In this document: one piece after another, positions 8,804-17,873 of the stretch | Layout: each line of letters begins with the position of its first letter | Position numbering within the stretch: position 1 is the stretch's first letter | From: Fidelibacterota bacterium | GTDB taxonomy: Bacteria > Fidelibacterota > Marinisomatia > Marinisomatales > UBA1611 | DNA length: 64,000 nucleotides | Assembly (NCBI GenBank): GCA_045568995.1 | Contig: JBJKZY010000045.1 | Location: 4,281 to 68,280, forward strand | Direction: 5' to 3' | The notes under the pieces: generated by a model | The model's database searches: none | What the model was told of the DNA's origin: nothing | Seen by the model: the letters and a program-made list of their open reading frames with translations, nothing else | Position numbers and translations under genes: made by a program

Positions 8804-10078
8804 TTACCTTTTCGTAGCTAAGTTTTTATATATTTTTCCACTTTTCATAACAAAAACAACCTTTTCTAAAACTTCAATTTTTTGAAGAGGATCTCCTTCT
8901 ACGGCAACAATGTCTGCAAGTTTCCCTTTTTCAATTGTGCCAAGTTCTTTTTGTTTTTCAATTAATTCTGATGAGGTTTTCGTTGCAGATAATATTGCTT
9001 CAATAGGGCTCATACCAGCTTCAACCATATAGCTAAATTCTTTTGCGTTTTCTCCGTGGTACGAAACACCAGCATCTGTCCCAAAAGCAATTTTAACGCC
9101 AGCCCGATATGCCTTTCCAAAAGTAGTTTTTAATTGAGGTCCTATTTTTTTTGCTTTCGGCCTAACAACATCGGGGTAATAGCCTTCTATTTTGGCTTTA
9201 TTTGCAACAAATTCACCTGCAGAAATTGTTGGAACATAATAGGTTCCTTTTTCTATCATCAAGTTTATAGTTTCTTCATCCATTAAGGTTCCGTGTTCTA
9301 TAGAGCGTACACCGGCCAAAATCGCTCTCTTCATACCTTCGGCACCATGTGCATGTGCAGCGACATGCATTCCATAATCAGAGGCGGTTTTTACAACCTC
9401 TTTTATTTCATCTTCTGTAAACTGTGGGTTTTCTCCACTTTTTGCAACGCTTAGCACTCCCCCGGTTGCTGTGATTTTTATTAAATCTGCCCCATTTTTG
9501 TATTGTTGTCTAACTGCTTTTCTGGCGTCAGTTACACCATTAATCACACCTTGTTTGGGACCCGGATCTCCAGCTAATTCAAAGCTCATTCCATTAGTTG
9601 GGTCTGCGTGTCCACCTGTGGTTGTTAGGGCCTTACCCGCACTAAAAATTCGCGGTCCAATTACCTGTTCGTTTTGAATTGCCTTCTTTAAAGATGTGTT
9701 TATGGGTCCTCCAAGATCTCTAACAGTTGTAAAACCCGCCATTAGTGTTTTTTCTGCATAAGAAATAGATCGATATGCATAATCATCTAAATTCATGGTA
9801 AAACGATCCATGTACTTTTTGGGGTTTGACTCTCCTGATAAATGTACGTGCATATCCATAAGTCCCGGAATTACAGTGTAATTATTAAGGTCTACTTTTT
9901 TGTCTCCGATTCCTGGATCAACATATCCTTCAACCACATCTATAATTCTATCTTTTTCAATTAAAATACTATACGCATGTTTCATCTCTTTGGAGGTTCC
10001 ACAGATTAATTTTCCAGCATGGATTATTGTAATCTGACACCAAAGAAAAGAAGAAAAAAAGAAAAATAAAAATTTCAC
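8804..10078 (-). CDS. Secreted amidohydrolase-superfamily peptidase (Xaa-Pro dipeptidase-like)
   Basis: Signal peptide, PGLMDMHVH, GFTTVRDLG, IKITATGG, AHAHG, IEHG, FGTDAG. Confidence 0.9.
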   Translation of the reverse strand: MKFLFFFFSSFLWCQITIIHAGKLICGTSKEMKHAYSILIEKDRIIDVVEGYVDPGIGDKKVDLNNYTVIPGLMDMHVHLSGESNPKKYMDRFTMNLDDYAYRSISYAEKTLMAGFTTVRDLGGPINTSLKKAIQNEQVIGPRIFSAGKALTTTGGHADPTNGMSFELAGDPGPKQGVINGVTDARKAVRQQYKNGADLIKITATGGVLSVAKSGENPQFTEDEIKEVVKTASDYGMHVAAHAHGAEGMKRAILAGVRSIEHGTLMDEETINLMIEKGTYYVPTISAGEFVANKAKIEGYYPDVVRPKAKKIGPQLKTTFGKAYRAGVKIAFGTDAGVSYHGENAKEFSYMVEAGMSPIEAILSATKTSSELIEKQKELGTIEKGKLADIVAVEGDPLQKIEVLEKVVFVMKSGKIYKNLATKR

Positions 10079-10085
10079 TGAAAAA

Positions 10086-10892
10086 CTATTCTGGTTTTTT
10101 AAAAGTTGCGCTCTTGTATATTAATTTGTTTTGAATAAATGAATTATAAACATCGCTACCTTTAATTCCTGCATAAGACATAAAAACTGGTTGAATAAAT
10201 TTTGGAACGTGTTTTTTTATTTTTTCTTTACGCTCGCTGCTCATCTTTTTTAGTGCGTCTATAACAAAGTCTGTAATGTTTTTTTCACGAATTTTTACCA
10301 ATCCTGATTCTAAAAAAGAATTGAAAAGAATGGGCATTTCTTTTGTTTTTCTAAAATCTGCCCATAGAAAAAAACCTCCAGGTTTAAGCACTCTTTTAAC
10401 TTCGTTTAAAAACAAAGGTATGTTTCCATAGCAGTGGGAGGACTCAACATTAAGTACAATATCAAAAGACCGATCCTTGAAAGGTGCTTTTTCCGAATCA
10501 CCAACACAAAAAGACAAATTTGAGTATTGGTGTGTTGAGCTACAAAGTCCAACAGCATTTTTTGATATATCAATTCCAACAACGGATTTTGGGTCTAAGT
10601 ATCGGGAAACATACGACGCACCACCTCCTCTCCCAGACCCCACCTCAAGGACTTTTTTTCCAGCAATGTTTTCCTGGCTAGCTGTGTGATGGTAAAGTTG
10701 GGCTGGGTATCGTTCACCTTCTTCTTTTGAGTCTGTTTTTATAGAAAGAATTTCATCGGAGTATCCATAGTTCATGAAAAAAAAATCATGTGTGTAAGCT
10801 TTCTTAGCAAAAAAATTATACCAGGATTTCCAAAACCAACGTTTTGTTTTTGGGCCAAAATGAATTAGCCGAACTAGTAGGTTTTGAATCAA
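10086..10892 (-). CDS. Class I SAM-dependent methyltransferase, lipid O-methyltransferase-like (phthiotriol dimycocerosate / fatty-acid O-methyltransferase type)
   Basis: FMNYGY, RYPAQLYH, VLEVGSGRGGGA, VLNVESSHCY, RVLKPGG. Confidence 0.8.
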   Translation of the reverse strand: MIQNLLVRLIHFGPKTKRWFWKSWYNFFAKKAYTHDFFFMNYGYSDEILSIKTDSKEEGERYPAQLYHHTASQENIAGKKVLEVGSGRGGGASYVSRYLDPKSVVGIDISKNAVGLCSSTHQYSNLSFCVGDSEKAPFKDRSFDIVLNVESSHCYGNIPLFLNEVKRVLKPGGFFLWADFRKTKEMPILFNSFLESGLVKIREKNITDFVIDALKKMSSERKEKIKKHVPKFIQPVFMSYAGIKGSDVYNSFIQNKLIYKSATFKKPE

Positions 10893-10914
10893 CTTAAAGG
10901 CCCCCTAATAAATA

Positions 10915-11721
10915 TTATCTTTTATTTTCATTAATTGCGCCCACAACTTTTTTTTCAAGAAACCCATTGAAAAAAACCTTTAAAAACGGAATTAATGATA
11001 GTTTTTTAGGGATGTATACGGTTTTTAAATCTTTTTCAATTGATGTAATTATTTTTTTTACACATTGTGCAAGAGGAACGGCTTCTTTAGTATGTTTTCT
11101 TGTAAAGCCTTCTTGTTTTTTACCATCAACTCCAAAAGAGTTGCTTCTAAGGTCGGTGCCCTTTATCCAACTAAGTACCGCTTCTAAAACCGTTATCTCT
11201 TTCTTGTTTTCCATTCGAATTGTAGAAAGAAACCCATGCAAAGCATGTTTTGAAGCGACATATCCAGAATGGTTTGGAAAACCCATAATGGCTTGCCCAG
11301 TTGAGCAACTAATTATCTTACCTCTTGTTCTCTTTAAAAAAGGAAGAGCAGCGTGAACGCAGTAAACCGAACCTAAATAGTTTGTGTCCATAATTGTTTT
11401 AAAAAAACTTACATCTTTTATTTCATCAAACCTTGCCCACATGCTTATGCCAGCATTAAGAATAAGCCCATCAATTCTACTAAATTTTTTTATGGTTTGA
11501 TTTACAATTTTTTCACATTGGTCTTTTTCTGTTATGTCAGCTTGTATTGGAAAAGCTGTTCCACCATTGTTGTTTATGTTTTTACAAAGAGTTTCAAGTT
11601 TTGTCATTGTTCTCGCTGCGCACACAACGGAAGCTCCCTTTAATGTAAGTTGATAGGCAAGCTCTGAACCTATTCCAGAAGAGGCACCAGTGATGATAAA
11701 AACTTTGTCTTTAGTAATCAA
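10915..11721 (-). CDS. Short-chain dehydrogenase/reductase (DHRS7/7B-like)
   Basis: ITGASSGIG, LNAGIS, YVASK catalytic motif. Confidence 0.85.
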   Translation of the reverse strand: MITKDKVFIITGASSGIGSELAYQLTLKGASVVCAARTMTKLETLCKNINNNGGTAFPIQADITEKDQCEKIVNQTIKKFSRIDGLILNAGISMWARFDEIKDVSFFKTIMDTNYLGSVYCVHAALPFLKRTRGKIISCSTGQAIMGFPNHSGYVASKHALHGFLSTIRMENKKEITVLEAVLSWIKGTDLRSNSFGVDGKKQEGFTRKHTKEAVPLAQCVKKIITSIEKDLKTVYIPKKLSLIPFLKVFFNGFLEKKVVGAINENKR

Positions 11722-11748
11722 TTAAGTTGTTTCTTTTCCTTTTAAAGG

Positions 11749-13506
11749 TCAATCGCTAAAAACGTTATTTGCAACACCAAAAACATTTGTTGGGTCTTGA
11801 GAGTTCTTCAGGCCTTTAACAAGCTCCATACTTCCTTCAGAAATCATACTTGGTAAGAAGTCTTTTCGGAGTTTTCCAACACCATGGTGGTGAGAAATTG
11901 AACCTCCATTCTCAATAATAGTTTTTCTTAGTTCATGTTCAATTTCACCAAAGACTTTTTCTGGGTCTTTGATTCCTTTGAAACTCATAGCAATGGTATT
12001 ATACATACAGGCACCACTATGATATACTTTTGATAATCTAGAACCAAACAGAAAAGTACCAGGTAGGTTGTGTTTTTTATGAAGTTCTTTTAATTTTTTT
12101 GTGACAGCTTCACTTACTTTTATCACATCAGACCACGGAACTGCGCTCTCCAAGGTTTCACCTATGATGTTTTGATCCATAAAAAAATCTCTAATGTATG
12201 CAATCGCAAGCGTTAGGTTATACCCACTTTTACCCTGATTGGAACCTGCAAAAACAGGGTTGTATTTTTTTGCTAAAATTTTTAGGTTTTTTTTCTGGTA
12301 GGTCACTTCTTGAACAGAACCTTCCATTTTAAAGACAGCAACAACACATTGTTTTGGGTCAAAACCTTTTATTTTAAAAACCATGAAGTTTTTTAAAGAA
12401 TCTATGGTTTTTTTCACTCCGGTTTTTTTTTCTTTCAAGGCACTTGCAAATCGAACCATTGAATTGTCCATTAACCTTGAGCTTGCAGGGATTAAATTGG
12501 AACGAGCAAGTTCATTCATAAAGCTTACACCATCTTTCCAATTATGAAAAAGGATAGATTCAAAAGTAGAAGATTCGGGTTTTTTATGGATTCTAATAGT
12601 CGCTTTTGTTATTATTCCAAAGTTACCCTCTGAACCGAAAATCATATTCTGAGCTTTTACTCCAATAGATGATCTTGTTAATGGTTTAATCTGGTTTATT
12701 GTTCCTTTGGGTGTAACTAGAGTTACATTCTGTACAATATCTTCTATGTTTCCGTAACGATGTTTTTTCATTCCTGAAGCATTGGTTGATATCCAACCAC
12801 CAAGAGTAGAGAACTCAATACTGTCAGGTTCGTGTCCTGCTGTATATCCTATTTTTTGCAATTTATTTTCTAGGTCTATACCTAAAATGCCGGACTGTAC
12901 TGTTGCTAAAAGATTTTCTTCATCCACAGATTCAATTTTATTCATTCTTCGAGTGTCAACTGAGACAACCATCCTGTTTTCCTTTTTGGGAATTTTTAGT
13001 GCATTTGAAACGCTTGTTCCTCCGCCAAATGGAATTAAACAGACATCGTGTTTCTTTGCTAAAGAGATCAATGTTTTTGCTTCTTCTTCACTTTCAATAT
13101 AGAAAACTAAATCTGTAAAAGCTTCTAGGCTTGAATATAAAACCTTATATACTTCATCTGAAGTGGTTTGTCCATGGCTATGCAAAAGCCTTTCTTTATT
13201 AGAGGAACAAAACCGATCTTCGTCAAAAAGAGAGGATAGCTCATCTACAAAGGGTTTGTTTATTTTTTGTTTTGAAATTGGTTTTTTTTCAACTTCTTTG
13301 ATTTGAGGGTTTGGTAAAATCTTTATACCCAAAACATCTTCTGCAAAAGGGATTAGATTAGGCAGTTTTTTAGAACAAATGTTATAACGGTTTCCAGAAA
13401 GAACAACGTCTTTATCGCCTTTAGAAATAAAGGCAGAGTCTTTATAACCCCACCTGTGTTCCCAATTAGTATTGTTTACAGCATAGAATTTTTTTGATTT
13501 ATCCAT
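11749..13506 (-). CDS. Alkyl-dihydroxyacetonephosphate synthase (AGPS)-like FAD-linked enzyme
   Basis: PFGGGTSV, GHEPDSIEFSTLGGWISTNASGMKK.RYGNIED, GSEGNFG, SRLMDN, AYIRD, GACMY, ISHHHGVGK; these closely match eukaryotic AGPS motifs. Confidence 0.88.
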   Translation of the reverse strand: MDKSKKFYAVNNTNWEHRWGYKDSAFISKGDKDVVLSGNRYNICSKKLPNLIPFAEDVLGIKILPNPQIKEVEKKPISKQKINKPFVDELSSLFDEDRFCSSNKERLLHSHGQTTSDEVYKVLYSSLEAFTDLVFYIESEEEAKTLISLAKKHDVCLIPFGGGTSVSNALKIPKKENRMVVSVDTRRMNKIESVDEENLLATVQSGILGIDLENKLQKIGYTAGHEPDSIEFSTLGGWISTNASGMKKHRYGNIEDIVQNVTLVTPKGTINQIKPLTRSSIGVKAQNMIFGSEGNFGIITKATIRIHKKPESSTFESILFHNWKDGVSFMNELARSNLIPASSRLMDNSMVRFASALKEKKTGVKKTIDSLKNFMVFKIKGFDPKQCVVAVFKMEGSVQEVTYQKKNLKILAKKYNPVFAGSNQGKSGYNLTLAIAYIRDFFMDQNIIGETLESAVPWSDVIKVSEAVTKKLKELHKKHNLPGTFLFGSRLSKVYHSGACMYNTIAMSFKGIKDPEKVFGEIEHELRKTIIENGGSISHHHGVGKLRKDFLPSMISEGSMELVKGLKNSQDPTNVFGVANNVFSD

Positions 13507-14230
13507 ATAAGAATTTAGTCTTTTCTTTGATTTGGTTTTCTAAGTATTCGGTCATTTTTTTTGTTGCTTTTTGAATATCCTCTTTGTTCGGGTTTTTTTC
13601 TTTTAAAAACCTATCTGGGTAAATAGGTTTTAATATGATAACTTTTATTTTTTTTGGCCAACCAAAAAAAATTTTTCCACGAGGCCAGACTAAATGAGAT
13701 CCATAAATAATAGCTGGAAGTATTGGCTTGTTTAAATGAATTGAAAACCTTGCTGTACCCAGGTGGAAAGGTAAGACCTCGCCAGGTTTTCCTCGGGTTC
13801 CCTCTGGAAACATAATTAGGTTACGTTTTTCAAAATTCATAAAAGCCCTACAAAGAGACAGAGTGTTTTCAATTGAGAATTTACGAACTCCGTTAACTTT
13901 TCTATCGATAGGAATTAGGTTCATCACCATGTTTATTGATATTCTTCTAATCCAACTGTCAAAAAAATAATCTTTTGCTGCAAGCATAGCCATTTGGTTA
14001 TAGGTCTTTCTTGTTGATACCGAAAGTAAGGCAACATCAAGGTGACTGTTGTGGTTACTGCAAGCTATAAATGAATCATCGGGTATGTTTTCTTGCCCTT
14101 GTACTGTTACTGGTGTGTATATCGTAAAAACAGTTTTTGAATAATAATAAAATAATGTTTTAAATATTTTATAATAAAAAGGCTGTTTTTTAATTAAGTA
14201 AGAAAATTTTGGATTGTTGAGAACATCCAT
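13499..14230 (-). CDS. Glycerolipid acyltransferase (PlsC/GNPAT superfamily)
   Basis: NHNSHLD, AAKDYFF, IPIDR, MFPEGTR; overlaps the AGPS start by 8 bp. Confidence 0.88.
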   Translation of the reverse strand: MDVLNNPKFSYLIKKQPFYYKIFKTLFYYYSKTVFTIYTPVTVQGQENIPDDSFIACSNHNSHLDVALLSVSTRKTYNQMAMLAAKDYFFDSWIRRISINMVMNLIPIDRKVNGVRKFSIENTLSLCRAFMNFEKRNLIMFPEGTRGKPGEVLPFHLGTARFSIHLNKPILPAIIYGSHLVWPRGKIFFGWPKKIKVIILKPIYPDRFLKEKNPNKEDIQKATKKMTEYLENQIKEKTKFLYG

Positions 14231-14238
14231 TTTTGTTT

Positions 14239-15399
14239 TTATTTTCTTCCATATTTCATATGGGCATCTGTCCAGGTGTGTGATCCAATAGCGCAGATAA
14301 GTGAAATTTCCAAAGACAGGGTGGCTCCAGCAATAATTTCGGCAAGCTTTCTACTGGAATGTTCTCCTTCAGAGCAACCTAAAAGTTGAAGGTTTTTATT
14401 TTGCATTTTTAATCGAGTTCCACCACCTACAGTTCCAACCGTTAAGGAAGGAAGCGTAAGTTTAAACTTAAGAGCATCTTCCCTTTTTTCTAATCCGACA
14501 TGTGCTACGCTGTTTTCTGCTGCACAAGCAGCATCTTGACCAGTTGCTAAATAAATTGCAGTAAGGGCATTAGAAACATGAAGCCCATTTCCATGGGTTC
14601 CAGCCATGCTTGAAACAATTGGGAAAAAACTCCAAGCATCAAATAGTATATCGGGATCCATTTTCAATATTCGCTTCATAACACTATTTTTGATTGTTGT
14701 TTCTGCTGTCACTCCATGCCCTCGACCAAGAATCATGTTTCTTACGGATGCTTTTTTATCGCTATTCATATTTGATTCAAGAAAGTAGTTGTGATTGGTT
14801 TCTTTTTGGATGTATTCGCACGCAACTTTTGCTGCTAAGGTTACCATGTTTTGTCCAGCTGCATTACTTGTGTCAAGAACAAGGTCTAAAATAACATAGT
14901 TCTGAACTGTATATTGATCTATACGTAACACTCGACCGTGGTTTGTAGTTCCTTCAGCCACTTTTTTGATTTTGTCTTCATTTTTAGTCACCCACACTTG
15001 AAAATCTGAACTATCCTTTAAGTTGTCAAAAATAAAAACAGGTGCTCGGGATAGTTCTTGGCGGAAGTGATTTACTTTTATTCCACCAGAAAGGGCAGAG
15101 GCGTAAATTCCCCTGTTCATTGACATTGCAAGCGTACCCTCTAGAGTACAAACAGGAACACAGAATTCTCCCTTTGCGTATTTTCCGTCAATAATCATTG
15201 GGCCAACTACGGCCATAGGAACCTTCATAAAACCAACGTGGTTTTCAATAATTCCTTGAAGGTCTTCTGCTTTATCTTCTAGCGTATCATCAATCTCAAC
15301 ACCAGCATATTCTTTAACCCAAGACTTTCTTGCCTCTGTATCTTCTTGTTGGTATCCACGAGGGATTGATGTTCCTCGCCCATTTGTTTCTTCTGTCAT
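14239..15399 (-). CDS. Class I HMG-CoA reductase-like protein
   Basis: ENHVG, PVCTLEG, NAAGQNM, SDKK, ATGQD, GTVGGGT and C-terminal His (DAHMKYGR). Confidence 0.88.
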   Translation of the reverse strand: MTEETNGRGTSIPRGYQQEDTEARKSWVKEYAGVEIDDTLEDKAEDLQGIIENHVGFMKVPMAVVGPMIIDGKYAKGEFCVPVCTLEGTLAMSMNRGIYASALSGGIKVNHFRQELSRAPVFIFDNLKDSSDFQVWVTKNEDKIKKVAEGTTNHGRVLRIDQYTVQNYVILDLVLDTSNAAGQNMVTLAAKVACEYIQKETNHNYFLESNMNSDKKASVRNMILGRGHGVTAETTIKNSVMKRILKMDPDILFDAWSFFPIVSSMAGTHGNGLHVSNALTAIYLATGQDAACAAENSVAHVGLEKREDALKFKLTLPSLTVGTVGGGTRLKMQNKNLQLLGCSEGEHSSRKLAEIIAGATLSLEISLICAIGSHTWTDAHMKYGRK

Positions 15400-15558
15400 T
15401 TGTATTTTTCTTTTAAATATTATAAGTAATTTGTGTACAAGGTAATTTAGGTGTCTATTTTCATTAACTTAAATCCTAAGCACATCGTATAAATATACTA
15501 GAAGCAACAAACCTATTCAAACAAAAATACTAGAGCTTGTTTTAGTTCCTTGATATTG

Positions 15559-17016
15559 CTATCCTATGACCAACAGCAATATAAACCCAGCAAAAGCAGC
15601 GAACCCTCCTAAGGTACCAATGGCTGTTGATTTTTGGCGTAAAACACCAACCTCTGACTTGTATTTTTTTTTATATTTCATTTCTTCTTCTTTTGTGTTT
15701 ATTTCGGGAGGATATGTTACGTTTGTTATTTTAGAGGATCCTTTTGCAAGTATAGAAGGAAGAGTTGCACCAAACATCCCGCCTAGGATAAAGCCTGGAA
15801 AAGCTAAAACCCCATCGCTAAATTGACCAAGAGTAAACAAACCAACAACACTCCCAAAGGCACTAGAGGGAACACCTGTTAGTCCAAAAACAGACCAAAG
15901 AGCACCAATGTGTTTTTCTTGTGCATTTTTTTTTGCTAAATCAATAAGCTGTCTATCTGTGAACTTGTCTTCTTTAAGGTATGGGGTCTCATTAGGGGGG
16001 GTGACTATTTCTCCGGTTTCTGGATCAAAAAACCCAGCGACCTTTTTTAACCTTTCTCCTGTTTCCGGGTTAAATATATTCTTTTGTAAATGAGGAAGAG
16101 GTGAAATGGGTTGATCATAATGATGAGGTGGTTTGAAAAAATTATATCCTATGCTTCCCGATACAATGAAATGATAACTATCTGATTTTTCACTTAAAAA
16201 AGGCGATGCTTCTTTTTGATCAAGTATCCAAGTTCCATTTTCATAAACTAAAGGATATTCAAGGCTGTTCCATTTTTCTTTTGGCTGATAATTCGTTGAA
16301 AAGAAATTGTTTACAAGTGAGAAGTCTATTTGGATTTGAAAAGAAGATTTTTGATTAAAAACAGTTTCTTTTCCAATGATTAGACCGAGTCCTAAACTAT
16401 TTGAATTGTATTTAAATTCCTCTTCAATGTTCAGTGTGGGATATATTTCATCTGATGAATTGTAAACTTCGTAATCGGCTAAACCTATTTTATTTATTCC
16501 TGAAACTAAAATACCATGCGCGCCAAAATAAAAAGATTTATTTTTATTGGTAGTGGTTGTTATTGAGGGAAAAAGTTGTACCGTTGGTCCACCCTTGTTA
16601 ATAATGTTCAGTTCAAAAACAGCGCCAATTTTTTGTGGTGAATCTCCAAACAGGTTTGTGTATTTTTTTCTTTGCGCTCCTAAAACGACGCCAAAAGGAC
16701 TTCGGTTGTTTTCATTTGCCCGTAGCAAACCAACACCACCATAAAACCCTGTTTCTGATTGAGTTTTTCCTCTAAGACTTGAAACTACAACCCTAGGCCC
16801 AATTATGCCTAAATCAACTCCTTTAAATTCTCCTCTTTCATAACCCGAATAGTATTCGTTGCTTATGTAGTCTTCGCTAGTCCCCCCTAATGGAAGAATT
16901 GTACTAATTGAGATTACTTTTTCATCTGGCTGTAAAGGTTTTTGAGTTCTAACATGAGCGTTGTTATGGCAACCGAATGTAAAAATTAAAATAAATAAAC
17001 AAGGATAAATTTTCAC
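15559..17016 (-). CDS. Hypothetical lipoprotein/membrane protein with FxPETGE motifs
   Basis: Probable GTG start at 17016 gives a lipobox-like signal (FIL IFTFGC); beta-rich N-terminal half, FNPETGE/FDPETGE, Gly-rich C-terminal TM segments. Confidence 0.6.
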   Translation of the reverse strand: MKIYPCLFILIFTFGCHNNAHVRTQKPLQPDEKVISISTILPLGGTSEDYISNEYYSGYERGEFKGVDLGIIGPRVVVSSLRGKTQSETGFYGGVGLLRANENNRSPFGVVLGAQRKKYTNLFGDSPQKIGAVFELNIINKGGPTVQLFPSITTTTNKNKSFYFGAHGILVSGINKIGLADYEVYNSSDEIYPTLNIEEEFKYNSNSLGLGLIIGKETVFNQKSSFQIQIDFSLVNNFFSTNYQPKEKWNSLEYPLVYENGTWILDQKEASPFLSEKSDSYHFIVSGSIGYNFFKPPHHYDQPISPLPHLQKNIFNPETGERLKKVAGFFDPETGEIVTPPNETPYLKEDKFTDRQLIDLAKKNAQEKHIGALWSVFGLTGVPSSAFGSVVGLFTLGQFSDGVLAFPGFILGGMFGATLPSILAKGSSKITNVTYPPEINTKEEEMKYKKKYKSEVGVLRQKSTAIGTLGGFAAFAGFILLLVIG

Positions 17017-17018
17017 TT

Positions 17019-17873
17019 TTAAGATAGCATAATCATAAACAGAAACCATGCTCCACACCCTAGGAGAACATTTTGAAAAAGTTTGTTTCGGCGTTGTTCT
17101 TTGTGTTTTCTTATCTCATACGGAAGGGTTTTTCGTAATTCTTTACGAACTTCATTTTTTATAAAGTTACGTATTTCATCTTCAGAAAGATTTACAGTAC
17201 CATCTTCGTAATAATACGTTGCTAACCTATCTTTAGTTTCTTTTTGGGGTTTTGATACGTTGTTAGTTGTAGATGATGAATAAACCCTCTTTTCATTTGT
17301 CTGTGTATTATCTTGGTAGGGCTCTTCCTTGACGCCTTCATAAAACGTTTTGGATATAGCTGGTTTTATTTTTGGACTAACAACTTCCAGAAGAGTGTTT
17401 TTAGTCTTTTCTAGTTGCTTTTTTAGAACTTTTTCAGGATCAAAATCAGGTTTTTCTGTTGAACTTTTTTGAGGTTGTTTATTCTCTGAAACACGTTCCT
17501 CTAGTGAGTTCAGTCTTTCTTTTTCTTTTTTGGCTAAAAGCTTTCTTTTTTCAGGGTCAAAAACATCTGGTGTGATTGTTTCCCATTCTCCCGTCATTGG
17601 ATTAAGTTGTGGAGGAAAAAGGATGTCAGCAGTAACGGTGTTTATGCTACAATCATAATCAAAGCTGTAAATATAATTTTTTGTTACAGATTGAATATTA
17701 TCACATTTGAAATAATTAATGTTGTCATCGATTAATAGATGAATGTGTTCCATGTATGTGCCAATAAAATCACCAGAAACAGTATTTCCAGTTTTTAGTT
17801 TTACTTGAACAAGTTCTTGTCCTTTACCAGAAGACACCGTTAATAAAAGTATAACAAGTGCTTTTTTAATCAC
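17019..17873 (-). CDS. Hypothetical secreted, C-terminally anchored protein
   Basis: Probable GTG start at 17873 gives a signal peptide; LKTGNTVSG module, low-complexity linker, C-terminal hydrophobic tail. Confidence 0.6.
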   Translation of the reverse strand: MIKKALVILLLTVSSGKGQELVQVKLKTGNTVSGDFIGTYMEHIHLLIDDNINYFKCDNIQSVTKNYIYSFDYDCSINTVTADILFPPQLNPMTGEWETITPDVFDPEKRKLLAKKEKERLNSLEERVSENKQPQKSSTEKPDFDPEKVLKKQLEKTKNTLLEVVSPKIKPAISKTFYEGVKEEPYQDNTQTNEKRVYSSSTTNNVSKPQKETKDRLATYYYEDGTVNLSEDEIRNFIKNEVRKELRKTLPYEIRKHKEQRRNKLFQNVLLGCGAWFLFMIMLS

